This document shows, in pieces, positions 23,801-37,770 of a stretch of DNA of 64,000 nucleotides. The stretch's first letter is position 1, and each line of letters opens with the position of its first letter. The position numbers and the translations under genes were made by a program. This stretch comes from Moniliella sp. 'wahieum'. Lineage: Eukaryota. The stretch is from NCBI GenBank assembly GCA_003971905.1, contig RSEE01000006.1, positions 682,001 to 746,000 on the forward strand, read 5' to 3'. The notes beneath the pieces were generated by a model. It was not told where the DNA came from. It was given only the letters and a program-made list of their open reading frames with translations, and did not search any database.

Positions 23801-24844
23801 TAGAATGCTTGGCGTGGGTAAAGTAATATCGGTCGCCGCGGTTGGTGACTGCAACGAGGTGAACTACGTTTGATTCGTGGACTGGAACCACCAGCAGTTG
23901 GACAATCTTAAACTCGTGGGGGGTAACCATGCCGGTCGAGTGGACCTGGAGGCTGCCCAAGCGATAGAGGTCGGACATGTGGGCCACATACGTGGGAGCA
24001 TCCGTTCCCGTGCTGGGGAGACGGTAGACGCTAATGTCCCGCTGAGACCGGAGAATGTAGAGGGCACGCCGCGCATCGTCACCGCGATCGCGTCCAGCGA
24101 GTCGGGGCGCGCATCTTTGGAGCGCAAGAGGAATTTGGCTGGGGCCCGGGGGATGAGATCCGACCAAGTGCCAGTCAAATTCTTGAGCGAACACTTGCCG
24201 GTGATCCACCCCGGACGCGCCTGGTAGACCAGTTCGTACAGGCACGCGTCGCTTCCACGCGCAAAGATGCGGCCCGAGGAGGTCCCGTGGAAATCAAACA
24301 GCTGAACCCGGCCCGAATCGGCGCGGTGGTCCGGCACGAAGAGCGCCAGGCCGCCTTCATCGGTATGGGCAAAACAGATAAGCGACACAGACGACGCACT
24401 GGCGAGGACAAGAAGCTGGAACACTTGCTTGTTGAACACACCCGGCCGCGGGGGGACCACGGCAGCATCGGTGATGGGTTCGGTGTGGTCAAATGTCTCG
24501 ACAATCGGGGGTTGGCCAGGGGTGTAGTCCCACAAGAAAAGGGTGGTGCCGAGGGCGGCCCAGGCGCGCTTGATGGCGGGGAAAAGGCCTTGGCGCGGAG
24601 GAGGCGTGCCGGGCGGGGCGGCAGCATACGCGTCAAGCACCGTGTCGGGCAGGGGGGTGGAGCGAGCACACACGACCGGCGCCTGGGGGGCGCGTGAGGG
24701 CGAACTTGTAGGCCGAGAAGCCGATGGTCAGCGACGCAGCGAGATCGGGCCAGGTGTTGTCGGCGGCGAGGGAGCGGTCAGGGCGGTGGCGCCCTCAGCC
24801 AGGTCGCGGAACGGCGCCGGCGTCGTCCGACTCAGGGTCGCCAT
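20819..24844 (-). CDS. NUP170: Nucleoporin Nup170/Nup157 (Nup155 family)
   Basis: QGLFPAIKRAW...LFLWDY, GRIFARGSDACLYELVYQARPGW...KCSLKNLT, HLVAVTNRGDRYYF, CCAMALAIAA, HFSARHDGLALYLSRLVRPFW, RIQYLSLA, ERLDVAKLQ, YKGYAEPLQLW. Confidence 0.92.
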
Positions 24845-26454
24845 GAGCCTAATGGGGGGGATGGTGGAAGAAATGTGCGCGCCCGAGCACCCGCGGTTGT
24901 TGAATTCCACGCGCGGAACCGCGTGTTCCGCCCGGGGCGGTGCGGAATGATCAGTGAACAGCCCCACTCGGGGTGATTCATGGTTTCATTTGTGGCCAAC
25001 CCCCGGGTCGCACGCGGCGGGCTGCCCCAGTCGCGTCGCTGCTCCGTCCATCTCGGGGAGTTCTTCGACAGCAGGCGTTGACTTGTCGTGTGCCCCCTTC
25101 CGGTAAACAGTCTTGACCCTCCTCAGGGTGGTTCCACCTGTATACCTGGCCCCCCAAAGCCCCTGGTTTTATCGCTCGGCAATTTGTATAAGCCTGGCCT
25201 TAATCGATAATCCCCCCTGGTCATCGCGAACAAAACCGAGTGCCACTGACTGTTGGAGCGCAGAGCTTTTGAGGCTCGGATCGGGCGGCCTCATGCAATG
25301 CGCCAGACTCGGATTGCGTAGGGATGTAGGCCAAGATGTGCATCAACGATAGCATCAGTGTGCACACTTGCTGCGGCGCGTGGGGAACGACACATATGGT
25401 ACGGAACTGGAATCAAAGCGGGAGACCTGCTTGTCTGTGAGTTTGAGGCAGTTGGCCGCCGGCATGGAGGAAAGCCAAATGTAGTTGAGTGCAGAGGGGG
25501 ACTCTCTCTTGCCCGATGACTGGGCAGCCGTCCTTCTGGCCCAAGGGGCAGGCTCATGAGCCGTTTTCCTTTCTACGTCGCGGGTCTTCATCCGTCGAAA
25601 CTCCGTATAGAGAACCGCGCCACTCTCTCGGCCAGCACTTTGTCCAGCGCTCCTCGTCCTCCAATAGTTGTATGGGGCAAAGACACCCCAACCCCCCTTG
25701 TTTACTTTTCTCAAAACGTGTGCAGACGGGAAACACGTTGTCAACGCGCTGAGAGCAACACCATATATACTAGAAAAGGGGGTTCGGATGGAACCCCTTT
25801 GGGGTGAAGACATGATGACCTGGTTCGAGCTGGTTTGATTGGCTCGCCTGCTCGATTATGGATGGCATGCATTGCCGACGACCGCGCACAAGCGAGGCCC
25901 ACGGCTAGCCCAGCAGGTGCTATAACCGCGGCAGCCCAAGGCACAACCCTAGCCCGATGCCATCTGCGACGTCTATTTGAGCGCGGGCACGCAGCACAGC
26001 GCCAGTGTGCAGCCGACGTGTGACACGTGACGCGTGGCGGTTGTCCGGGGCGGGCGCGGGGGCGGTGTGCTGGGGGGGGGGGCAGGCGGCATCCAGCGTT
26101 AGAGTACTGTGGAATGCGACGCGGAAGGTGTGGGTACATATCCCAGCACTCTCGCCTCGAGCCGCTCGCCTCCCGCCTCTGCCTCCTGCCCCGCGTCCCG
26201 CCTGTCTGCGTCGCGCTGCTGCCCCCAGCCGTCGGGCGGCCGCGCCCTCGTCTGCACCACCACCGCCATGCCCCCCACGCCGCCGACTCGCCGCGCTCCT
26301 TCGGCTTCTTCCTGCGCCCACGCAGGCCCCCCAGCCGCCGCCCCGCCCCCACCCCCCGACCAGCCCCCGACGCCCCCCTTCCGCCCCTCGACCCACCCGC
26401 CCAGCCGCTGTCCCCCCACTCCGTCGCCCCCCGCTCGCTCCCTGTCGCGCTCCT

Positions 26455-29400
26455 ATGGAAACCTGCCCGACCCGCCCCCCCCCCGCTCCCACCCCGACTG
26501 CTTCATCCAGCGCAGCCTCGCCTTCGCCTGTTTCCTCTCCACCCATGTCACCCACCACGCACTCACACCTCACTACTCCGCTCTTACTCCCACATTCCAG
26601 TGACGAGCAGTTGCCCCACCCTGTCCCAGTCCCGCCATCTCACGTGTGGGAGCGCTCTCCACTTCAGCCCCCCCCCCAGCCTCACCCTCAGCATGGTATC
26701 TCTTCTTACGCGGCCAAGATGACAGTGCCGCTTCCTTCCCGAGGTGTCTCGCCTGTGCCCATTCGGACCCCCAGTCCCGGGAGCCATGCATCGAGTGACA
26801 CCCACCCGGGATCGTCCCCGGGCATGCCTCCAATGTCCCCCCTGGCACCTGCTGGTCCAGCGCACCACGGGAAGGGTGAGCCCACGACCCCATCTGTTTC
26901 CATCAGGGAAAACGCCGTCCCTCTCTCCACACAAGTTTCGGACTCGGCCGGACCCAACAGAAGCGGGTCACACCCGTAAACCCTCCGTTTACCTTTGGAT
27001 TGAGCAAACGGGACAAGGAGAAGGAGAGGGATAACGATGCTGAGTATGCACACCCAATCTCTCCTATGCGGACAGCAATCGAATCTTTCTCCTCTGTGAC
27101 GGACTCGTTTGGCTTCCCCACCAGCCAGTCGGGACAGCCAGGACCCATTGGAGCTGCAAGTGCCATGGGAATCCCGCAGGTTGTGCTAGATGCGCCTCCG
27201 GGTTATCCACATTGCCCTGCGGAGACGTTCCCTTCCTCATTGTCTGGAGCAACCATTGCTTCCGTGGCATCTGGAGGTGCCTCGTCTGGTTCACCCTTAC
27301 GACGGCCGCTTTCTCCCTCTCTTCCTCTCAGTCGTCCGCGCTTCTTCCTACCCCAACGGCCTGGGAGTGGGGGGACGCGGTCCCCGACGCCGACGTGCTC
27401 ATCACATTTGGGTGGCGTCCCTGAACTGCCGTCCGGTGTGCAGCTGCAGGGTTTCTTATTCAAGAGCAACCAGACCGCTTACACTGAAAAGGGATCGAAG
27501 GAGAAGAAAACGTGGAAGCCCTACAAGGTCCAGTTGCGGGATGGAAACTTGTGCCTGTACAAGCTGCCATCGAGTGTTGCGGATGAAGTCCGTGCCCTTT
27601 TCGCTTCACCTGGGATGGGGCCACCCCTTCCGATACTCTGCCGGTCACGATCCCGGTTTCCCCCCCTTTCTCTTCTCCCTCACGCACCCTTCCCTTGCGA
27701 CGGGACGACTCGATGAGTTCCTTGCTCTCACACTCGCTTCCGGACACGCTAAAATCTGTTCCCTTGGCCTCAATCTCGCGCAATCAAACTCCTGCAGGCA
27801 ATATAACTCCATCCTCCCAGGAACGAGGAGTATATCACATGTATCTGGCCTCAATACTCCCGTGCACCTAACCGAGGGACCCCCGCGTTGGCAACAACCA
27901 GGAAACACTGTGATCTGGAACTTGTTTCCACGCAAGAGGATCCGGGGACTTGGGTTGGACGAGTGGAAAAAGGTACCTCACGGCACTAGCACACGAATTT
28001 GTGTTTGCCACCCAAATTCTGCCCGTCGCCGCTGAAGAGGAGGAGAACCAGGTGGCCGAATTTGCTCGTTCCCTATGGTTGCTGCCCTTTCCCAGAAATT
28101 TGAGGCAGTTCTACAAGTGCTGGGTTCGTTGGCTGGACACCTTAGTGTGCTCTCGGCGGACATGAGGGAGACTGGTGGATCGCCGCATTCCCCCGTGGCA
28201 TTCAAGGCGGGAAACCGAGTCCAGGTCCTCCTCACGCTCCTTACACCGGAACTTATTCCTCGGCGGTATCAAACTACTGTGCTGCAAGCCCTACAGGATG
28301 TAGGGGTGCACTGCTCGAGCTACCGGGTCAGACGCACCTATCGCCACGATTAATGCTTTGGTGGCAGAGCTGCAATCGAGGAGGGTCTCGCGAGTGCCCA
28401 CTCCCATGGACTCTTCTCGGGGGCAAGAACGACCCGATCTCTTACCGCTGTTGCAGGGCCAGTTCCCTCCCGAACTCGTCGTATCCCTCGACCCGACCGA
28501 GCTGGCCGAACAAATCCAAGCCTGGCATGCCGAATTGGCAGGGGAATTTCTGGTTCCGTATGCCGATATTGCGGCGTTGTTGACCTCCCCTACAGTGAGG
28601 CGTTTCCTTTCCTGGTCGCCTTCACATGTACACCCTCTCACCAAGGTGTGCCTGGATCAGCTCTTATCCCCTGCAACCACGAATGGCGGCGAATCCGACG
28701 CCCGCGTACGTGCCAAGGTTCTCCGTCACTGGATTGCTGTGACAACCTACCTTCAAACGTATGGAGACCACACGGGATGGGCGGCAGTGGCAGCCGCTAT
28801 CTGCTCCCGTGCTGTAGCGCGTTTGGACGCGGTTTGGCGTTTCATTAGTCCTGGAGATCAGAATCGGGTTACGCGCGGTTGGGCTCCTGCCTTGGAGCAC
28901 CTGGGATTCTCCGAGCTCAGTCTGGGTCGGCCTTTGCTCACCGATCTGGGCCCACCCGAAGTGCAAGTACGTGCCTATGCTCGCCTTCCCAGCGGGACGG
29001 CAATTGCCCCAATCCCTTTCTTTGGGGACGCGTTGTTACTGCCGCCCACTGAAGAGACGGAGGACCCAAAGGTAGCTCTCTGTCCGAGGCAGGCAGAGCG
29101 GATTGCGGACCTTGCTTCACGCCCTACCGCCCCATACACTCCCGTCGCCCCGCTTCTGCCCGAGTACCGAGCACTCTTTGCCTCCTGGGCGCAAGCCCCG
29201 GAATCCTTGTCGGACGGGGTCTTGGAGCACTTCCTTCAGTGCTCCTATGAGATCGAACCGCCCATCTCCCCGGAACCTGTCCAAAAATTGGTCGCCCCCG
29301 TCCATGTGGAAGCGCGTGCAACACTTCCTCTCCTCCCAACCCCGTCCGTTCCCATCCTTTCTATCATAGACGCTTCCCAGCCCGTCCCGCGGAGGGATCC

Positions 29401-32400
29401 TACACCCGGAATTGTCCCTGGTCTTGGCCTACACCTAGGGGCATCTTCGGACGGTGCACTGTCCATCCCCCGAGCGACGATCGCCACACTTGCCTCCTTG
29501 TCTAATGGGAGGGGTGGGGCGACCTGTTTGGTCCTGGAGACGCACTCCGGCGAAACGTGGAGGCCTTGGTGGTGGATCCTCTGTTGATCTTTCGTCCTAT
29601 TGGGGTCGACGATGAGGATCCCGGCTCCGGTGTGGCGACGCCGACGGGCCCAGTTCGCTCAAGATCTTCCAAGGCTGCGCGCCGCGTCTCGCAAGATCTC
29701 GAGATGGGAGTTAAGCGCCACTCCCGCTCCTCCTCTTTCCGCCAGTCGACGCGCTCCGCTATCTCCCACGAGGTCACGGTGCACGTTGAGGTCAAGTTCG
29801 CTTCGCTCGATCGGCTCAGTACGTCTCTACCCCCTGCTCCTCCTGTCTTTTCCGGACTTGATTGTTTCTAACATGCCCCCAGTTGATGTCATGGTTTTGG
29901 GAGTATCGCATATACCTGCTGTGGTGACGAACCAGGAGTCCCGGATGCCCGCTACCTCGCCTGCTAAGCTCCAACTTGACACTCTTGCACTACAACACAC
30001 CTTTATCGACACGTACCGCTCCCTTTGTACGGGAGAACACTTGTTCCATTTGCTTCTTGCTCGCTTCCACTATGCCCACCATGTCACGGAGCTGGCCATG
30101 CCACCCTTTTTCCCGCTTTGGACGGCAGCCCCCGCGGGATCTACGTCGACGACCAAGGTCCTGCCATCGCTGGCCAGCGTCCAACGCTCTATCCTATCGA
30201 TTATAACGTTGTGGGTGGAGCGTCGTGCGCAAGACTTTTACGACTCGCCTCTACTGTGGGACTTGGTTTCCGATTTCCTCCGCTCTCCTGGCCCAGCTGA
30301 GCGAGAAGTGGCTTCGGCACACGCCAAGCTGGTGCACACCTTTTCCCTTGCCACCCTCGTCCATTCGCGGGACACCAATCTGCCTAGCGTCCCCCCTCCA
30401 GCCTCGCAAGGCGGGGAGGAGACGCTGGACATTGATACGGCTTCGGCGGATGAGGTTGTGCATTTCCTTGAGAGTGTGGGGTGCGCTTACCTCCACAAAA
30501 TCACACGTCGGGACTGGTCGGTCGCTGCCTCGCTGTTGGAACGGCAAAGTCAATCTTCTTCGTTGGCGTGGTTCCCATCGCAGGTGCTGGGCGGGAAGAA
30601 AAATGAGGACTGGCACGATTTGAGCATGTATGGTGTGCTCGACTCTGTCACGGTCGCATGCAAAGACACAGCGGTCTCATATTCCGCATCCGCTTCGCCT
30701 TCGCCCAGTCCGTCCATCGCCCCGGCCAAGGAGCCCCAGTTGCTTCTCCGTGCTCTCCCAGCAGCACTTGCTTTTGGATGTGCAGTACAGCACATGCTCC
30801 GTGGATGGGTGGCCGCCCAAGTGTACGTTCTCGTCTTTTGGTGTACGGCGGGATACTGACCGGACTCTCTATCTCTAGCATTGCTCCCGGACTCGGTCTG
30901 CAGCGGAGGAAGCAGCGCATACTGGTTCTTTTGGATGCGCTGTTCATTTCGCGTGCGCGCTTAGCGCGCCAATGCGCTGTGGGAACGCCGCCCACGGCAG
31001 AGGCCGTCATGTCAACGCCATGTGTGAGCAGCTTTGTCGCAAGCGCATTGGCGTCGGGCTTGACCTCGCACGAATCTCGTATTTTTGCTCCGGCCTGGCA
31101 GGCGGTCGCCATGGAACGCCAGACTAGCCTCGAAACGCTATGGGGCTTGGGTCCCACGCCGGCGCAAGCAACGGTGCTCTGGATGCAAGATAGCGGCGCG
31201 AACGTGCCTGCATCAGCGATCGATATCGGCTGGGTGCTAGGGTGCATGGCCCAAGCGTACACAGTGCTATGACTGCCCGACGGGCTTGGTGGCATGGGAC
31301 CCACACCGCCTTATCCACGGCTTGGTGGAGGGAAGCCTTACCCTTGCCACTGGGGTGGAAGCGTCCATGGTTGATCCTGAAATCGCTGGTGCCCGCTTGC
31401 GCACGATTCAGAGCGTCTTGGCCGCTACGGTCTGGGATCGGAGGCTGTTCAAGGAGGATGCACAGCGCGAGGCGGGGGATTCCCCTCCTCCGACGACCCG
31501 GGCGTTCTCGGCCTTTTCGGCCGAAGAACACGCAGCGCGCAGACGGCTCCGCGCTGCAGTTGCCGAACTACAGAGTTACAATACGCAACCACAGCAGGCT
31601 CTCGCCGTCTTCTCCTCCACATCCGTCCCTGTCTTGACGGGCACGAACCCTACGATTGCGCCGCCTTTGTCGCTAGCGGGGCAAGAGGAGCCGCCGGTGC
31701 ACGCCATGTCTCCTTACCCCGCGTCAGATAATCCTTCTCGCAGCAATACGCCTCACCCCGCTCTACAGTCTATTCCACCCCCCGCAATCTTCACCTTCAT
31801 TGACCCCCTCGTCTTCGGCGCAGTCGCCGGCACCCGAACGGCGTCAGCGCAAGGTCACCGCCTTGTTTCGTCCTTCGAGCGCCCTACGCGGCGGGAATGC
31901 TAGCCTTGATCGCGACGGTTCTCGCTCGACGGACGAGCTTTTGATGGCCGTTCAAACTTCCTCCAAGCCAACCCAAAAAATCAAAGTGGGCCGTGCCACT
32001 GTCTCTGCTGCTCCATCTTCCGACAGGCCGCATGTCTTCCACCTCACTGCATCCGACGGAGGCGACATGTGTTCCAGGCAACGGGTCCGGCGGAACTTGC
32101 GTCCTGGGTCCGCGCGATCGACAATGCGGCCGCAATGTTTGATCATTCGTCAATTCATGATGGATGGAGGTCGCCGTCGCCGTCTCCTTCGCCTACGGTC
32201 CAATCCATCTTTGGCGTCGACTTGAACACCCTGTGGGAGCGGGAAGGTGCGGTGCCACCTGCTATCGAAATGTTGTTTAGTGTCATCGAGTCGCGGCATT
32301 ACTGAAGTGGGGCTGTACCGCATCTCGGGTGCAAGGAACACGATTAACGTGCTGAAAAAGGTGCTTGACACCAAACCCCTCTCCTCGATCGATCTGCTCA

Positions 32401-33194
32401 CTGGAGAATTTCTGATCCGCACACACTCGGGCGTGGTCAAGCAATGGTACCGTGATATGCCAGAGCCGGTGGTTCCATTTGCTTTCTATCACCACCTCAT
32501 TACTGCCGAGCAGCTGGACGAGCCGGGTCAACTGCACGCGGTTCTGCGAGGCATTCTCCGTTCCTTCCCGACGGCTCACTATGTCTTGCTGCGGCGCACG
32601 ATTCAACACCTGACCCGCGTCGCAGCCGAGTCCAAGGCCAACTCGATGCCGGCCCACAACCTCGGACTGGTGTTTGGCACGTCGTTACTCAACCCCCCTG
32701 GGGCGGATCCGGTGGCTTTGGGAATGAGCAACATTGGCCGGGCGGCGCATGTGGTCAAGATTATGATAGAGCAGTTTGATCTCCTGTTTGACCTGGATGA
32801 AGAGACGGGTACAACCGAGTTGGACCGGGCGAGTGTGTCGGGTCGGAGGAGCAGTGGGCTCTTGATGGACGAAGGGGAAGAAGAGCAGCCACGTGCTATG
32901 CCAACGCTGCACCAATCCGAGGCCGAGGCCTTCCCCTCTCTCGGTTTCAGTCCGGCACCCGAAACCAGCATTTTCTTCGTCACTCCAGTTGTCGTTGGAG
33001 GAACAGTGTTATATACGAGGAGAAAGCTTGGCGCCGTCCATGTCGCCAGGTCGAGAGGAGGAGGAATCGTATCCCGGCCAGGACCGGCCTTTGTCCACTG
33101 CCACTGTCACGACAAATCCGTCCGCCCCCACCGCCTTTCCTCCACCACCACCGCCACTCTCGAGGCGGCTGATCCACCGCAGCAAAACTGCTAA
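26455..33194 (+). CDS. Bem2-like multidomain protein: PH-like + RasGEF-like + PH + RhoGAP
   Basis: KTWKPYKVQLRDGNLCLYK; RasGEF-like LDPTELAEQI...RAKVLRHWIAV...GDHTGWAAVAAAICSRAVARLDAVW; REM-like TFIDTYRSLCT...LLLARF; PH-like RPHVFHLTASDG...ELASWVRAI; RhoGAP GITEVGLYRISG, VKQWYRDMPEPV, NSMPAHNLGLVFG. Confidence 0.85.
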
Positions 33195-33566
33195 AACCCA
33201 TATGATACCAGAGTGGTGTTTCCTAATTGGTTCATCGTTCTACTTTCCTGCCACGAACCCGGGCTAGACTTGCCTACTATTAGTAGTGACTCTAGCGCCG
33301 GGCCCTTTACCGCTCCTCTTTTTTCTCATTACCTCTTTCCGGGTTTCCCACCTGCATCCGTGGCTACATCAAGCGTACTATATTTCCTTCCCGCTCTGAT
33401 TTCGCGGAGCCATAGCTGACAGTCTAGGTCTATCAAAGCGTGTCTTGAGACCTGGACGCCGAAGCGAGCGTACATATATTTGGGTCCGGGTCGTGTTTCG
33501 GGAGTGCAAACTTGGATCTGGTTGTGCGAGGATCCCAAGACAGGAGATGAAACTTGAAAAGCACGA

Positions 33567-33653
33567 TCTCCGATAGTTTAGTGGCTATGACACGTCCCTG
33601 TCATCTTGTACGGGCGTTCGGACGAGACCCGGGTTCGATTCCCGGTCGGAGAG
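33567..33653 (+). tRNA. tRNA-Asp(GTC) with 15-nt intron (33604-33618)
   Basis: Acceptor stem TCTCCGA/TCGGAGA; anticodon stem CGTCC/GGACG with CT-GTC-A; T arm CCGGG-TTCGATT-CCCGG; downstream T-run (Pol III terminator). Confidence 0.95.
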
Positions 33654-34218
33654 GTTCTTTTTTGCGCTGCCAGTCCATTTCTACACACTTCTCCTGCCCT
33701 CCCCCAGCAGTCGGGGAAGATCACATGTGCTGTGGCATAATGCAGAGGGAGACATAATCGTGGCGAGAATGGTGCGTGCGGAGCGCAGAGAGGCTCAAAC
33801 GCTCCTTTTGGGACAGCACATGTACCGAGCGCGGCCACAGGAGTGGACAGGAAAAAAGCTGTAGAATCTTTACATTAGGTGCAGGAGGGCTAGTATATTG
33901 ACGGCGAAGTTTGCCGTTATTTCCAAGGGGGTGAATAGGTTTTAGGAGCAGAACGCTTGCTTATAGCATGCCTGAAGCCTCGGGGATTCCAGTTTAACTG
34001 CCTCGTTGCCGTCCCCTCTTATTGCCATTGCCCTGCACGCAGTTCTTTCAAGTGGTTACTACCGGCCATCAACTGGTCGTTGATACCTGTCTTCCTTCTT
34101 TTGCAATCCGCTGGCCGCTTCTTGTTTCGTTGGCGCCTCAACTTGTACTGTTTTATCAGAACTAGACGACCCCATTTAAGTTGGCGGCAACAGAGATGAA
34201 GTAGCACGTGAACATGAA

Positions 34219-35901
34219 TTAGCCTCTCTGGGCCAATGCAGCCTCCAAACGCTGCACTCTTTCCCACAGCTGGTCGTTCAATGCGCGCGCCTCGCTTAAG
34301 CCTATACGCAAATCTTCCTGGGGAAGTTGTAAAGGCTGCTCTTCACCCATCAACATCACATCCTCATCCGTTTCTCCCTTTTCCGCTACTTCCTCTTGCC
34401 TTACCTCAGGTGCCGAAGCGGCAAAAAAGTCCGGGGCCCATGCTTGGGCAAGAGGAAGAGTGGCAATCGGTTGAGCCAGACGGATGGGCCGATCATCAGA
34501 GGGAGTCAACGAATGGGCTTGGGCATACGCCCGCGTTACCCGCTCAAGGCGGTGGGGGATGCTGGGGGGACGGATGGCTGTACGTTCCCGGCCCGAGAGG
34601 CGAAGCGAACGGACTGTACCCCCCTGAACAGCGGAGATGAGGGAGGACGGGGTGCCCTCTTCTGCGCCAATGGGGAGGGAGGTGGCGTGCAAATCGGCTG
34701 GCGTACGCAGAGAGAGAATGGAGGTGATAGGGGGCAATTTGGTATGCTGGGTAGCCGCCGGCCCGGAACTTGTCAAGGAATCCACAAGACTGACAGTGCG
34801 TGTAGAACACGAAGGGAAGCAATGTCAACAAAGTGCAGCTTGCCCGAAGTTGTACCAAGGACGGCTTGAGGGCCCGTTGGAGACACGGCCATGGCCGAGA
34901 TGGGTTCGGCAAGGGGAAGCAGTGTGCCCTCGGAAGGGTCAATGCGATGAACCGAGTGTGGACCGAGTGCATTGATCGGTTCAAATCCCTCTTGCGGACG
35001 CTTCCTCCGCTTGCCAGAATCCGCAGAAGAAGCGAGAGGCTTACGGTACAAGTCGATACGGTAGAGTGTATTGCTGCCTGGAAGAGACCCATCAGGGCCG
35101 GGCGCATCCTGTGTGCAGGCAAGGACATAGCGCCCCAGCTCGTCCACCTGTACGTGCCCAACGGGGACGGGGAAGGAAAATGTACTGACGGCCCTACGCG
35201 TAGACAGGTTGAACCGTTTCACTGTTCCGTCCAACGAGGCCGAGTAGACTTGGCCAGGGAACATGCCTTGATGAACAAGGGACGTGATTCCAAGTGTGTG
35301 GTCCGTAAATACTGCCCAAGGAATCGGCTGGGGAGTAGCGGCCATGCCTCGTGCAAGCGAGGCAGGGTCGAGAATCGAGGCCAGTGTCCACACGCAGATC
35401 CGCCCGTCCTCGCCTCCAGATAGGAGAGCCTTGCCATCGGCCGTCCAGCGCAGCAGAAGAGATACCGGTTGGTAGTGGGCATCAAACGCATTGGCCAAGA
35501 GCTCCCCCGAACGCAGGTCCCACACGGAAATCGACCCATCTGGCGCGCCTGCGGCAAGCAGCGAGTAGACCGCGTTGCATCCCAGGCAAGTAGCTGCGGG
35601 GGGAGAGAGCTGAGCGAGCTGCTGCGGCGATTGGAACGAGTGGAGCGCTACAGCCGGCTTGTTGCTGGCGCCGCTGACCACGAGGCCCGCGTGGCCAGTG
35701 CTGTCGGCAAGGGCCGGCGCCACGGGGCAGAAAAGCAAGGCGCTCAGGGCCGACGGAATGGGGCTGCTGTTGCAGACGGAGCTGCAACAGCGGCGTTTGC
35801 GGAGACGGCTGGGCCGCATCCAGCAGCATCACGCCCGACGCATACGCAGGGGTGGCGCCCGTCGCCACCAGCAGTGCATCCCGCGCGATGGAAACGGCCA
35901 T
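34219..35901 (-). CDS. IPI3: WD40 pre-rRNA processing protein Ipi3 (WDR18, Rix1 complex)
   Basis: LLAAGAPDGSISVWDLRSGELL...DAHYQPVS...LLSGGEDGRICVW, FTDHTLGITSL, VYSASLDGTVK; C-terminal coiled coil LSEARALNDQLWERV. Confidence 0.85.
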
Positions 35902-37082
35902 CGTGCTCGTCGTACAAAGCCAGGCCAGCCCAGCCAGGCCACACAAAATACCAGAAAGAGTAAACCAAGCGGCCGCGGCGAGTGTTAGAAAAAAAAAGGC
36001 GGACCAGGACAAAATCGGTGCAACTGCTCGTCTGCTGTATTGGTGGTCAGGTTCATTGTTCAAATTCCTGAGTAGGGTTGGTTGCTGGTTGCCCCCCCGG
36101 TGCCCCACCTGTCCGCTGGCTCATCGACGCACTTACTTGTGCAAGAGACCTTTGGAGCCCTGCCGACCGCGCCTGGCTCAGTCCCGCCTCCAACCTCGAC
36201 GATGGGCGGATGACTGTGCTTCCCAGGGTGCTGCCGCATGCCGAATGACGTGTGACCCAATCTCAAGCTCCCACGAAGCGATTGAGGCAATGGAACAAGC
36301 CCGCAAGATGGTGGTGCCATGTGGGCCAGGCTCAGTATCTCGGCTCTCGTTCTGGTCAACTTTCCAGACTTTTTGCTCATCCGAGGGCGTGTTCAATTGG
36401 CTCAAGGGAGTAGCATCCATACTGCTCTGTACAGTGGGACAGGCTTGATTGATGCACGTCTCTTCATCTCAAGCAAGACGGCCATCAGTCGATGTTTGAC
36501 TTCGGGGGGCGTAGACGGCAGCGGTACAAACAATAGAGACCAATGCCAGTCATTCCTCTCACCTCACCCTTTCCGACTTGCCACTCTCTACTGTGGGACT
36601 GGGGATCTGTGCATCCGATCCCCTAGACTGATGTGGCAACAGCTGGCCTGTATTCAAGAGAGCGTGGGATTGACTGCGGACGCAGCCAGAGGAGCAGCCC
36701 AGCAAACCAGGCACCAAATAGTACCCTGATGGCCAGGGAATACGTTGCCTTCCAAGCAATCGCAAAGGGGAGGGAGCAAGTCGAAAGCCCAAACCCGGAA
36801 GCCCAAGCCGGGGTCAAAGCGCAAAACTAACCTGCGCCTAGAGTAAAGCTGGTCCGCCATGCTCTCTTCTCCTATGTGGTGCCTGTCCTCCACTTGTCCG
36901 TTTCAGTCCACGCATGCTGGCGGCTGTATGATGATGATTTGTGTTGTCTGCTTGTGAGAGTTTCCATGTCCGAAGGCACGACGTCTATTGAAAACCATAT
37001 ATTCCCGGCAGAAGTAGCCCAGATGAAGACGCAAGGTATCTAGCCTGTGAGCTGAAGACTTTGATGCACCAACCTTCAGCAC

Positions 37083-37770
37083 TCAGCCCAGACGGATGCC
37101 AAGAACAAACCCAGCTAGGAAGGTGGCGCGTTCCTGCATGTTGTGGGTGAGAAAGTGAGCAAAGCGTTGGAAGATGCGCCAAGCCTTGGATGCGTGAGGG
37201 GACGCAGGGTCCTCTGGCCCGCCAGCAGCCACTTCGACCACGCGTCGTACCGCGACGCAAGCGCACTCCAGTTGATCGAGATCCAGTTCTAAATGGGGTT
37301 AGCTATCATTGTCGCCCGTGCAACCCGGCTGAACTCGAGGAGAGGAGAGAAGAGGCAAGAGATCGGACATACCTGCGAGCTCATGTACTGTAGCAGAATA
37401 TAGATCCCGCCCAAGGCGAATGCGATTACCTTGAGTCCCTTTTAACAAACACACCCGAGCAGATGCCGGCGACTGTACCAAATCCGAGTTGCTTAGCATC
37501 GAGAATGGACTTGGGTGGAAGCGGCTGCGAAGGGTCGGGCAGCGGCAACTCCTTTTCCTTGTCGTTTGCGGGAGGAGTGGCGAGAGGAGGGGGCTCGTCA
37601 TCGCAGTGCACCGTCTGGGTCCTCCAGCCCGCGAAACTCATCCACAGGGCGGCGACGCCAGCCCACAGCGTGTGGCGCACTTGCGGACGGGAGGCGGTGC
37701 GGACAGAAGCGGGGATGGCGAGCACGCGGCCAGAGCCAGGACGCACATTCCGAGCCAGGCTGGAGCCCAT
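37083..37770 (-). CDS. FUN14: FUN14-family mitochondrial outer-membrane protein
   Basis: KQLGFGTVAGICSGVFVK, AFALGGIYILLQYMSS, C-terminal FLTHNMQERATFLAGFVLGIRLG-stop. Confidence 0.85.

Noticed and set aside
36245..36830. Possible small gene divergent from IPI3
   Set aside because: The position is plausible, but I could not build a consistent frame or recognise a family.
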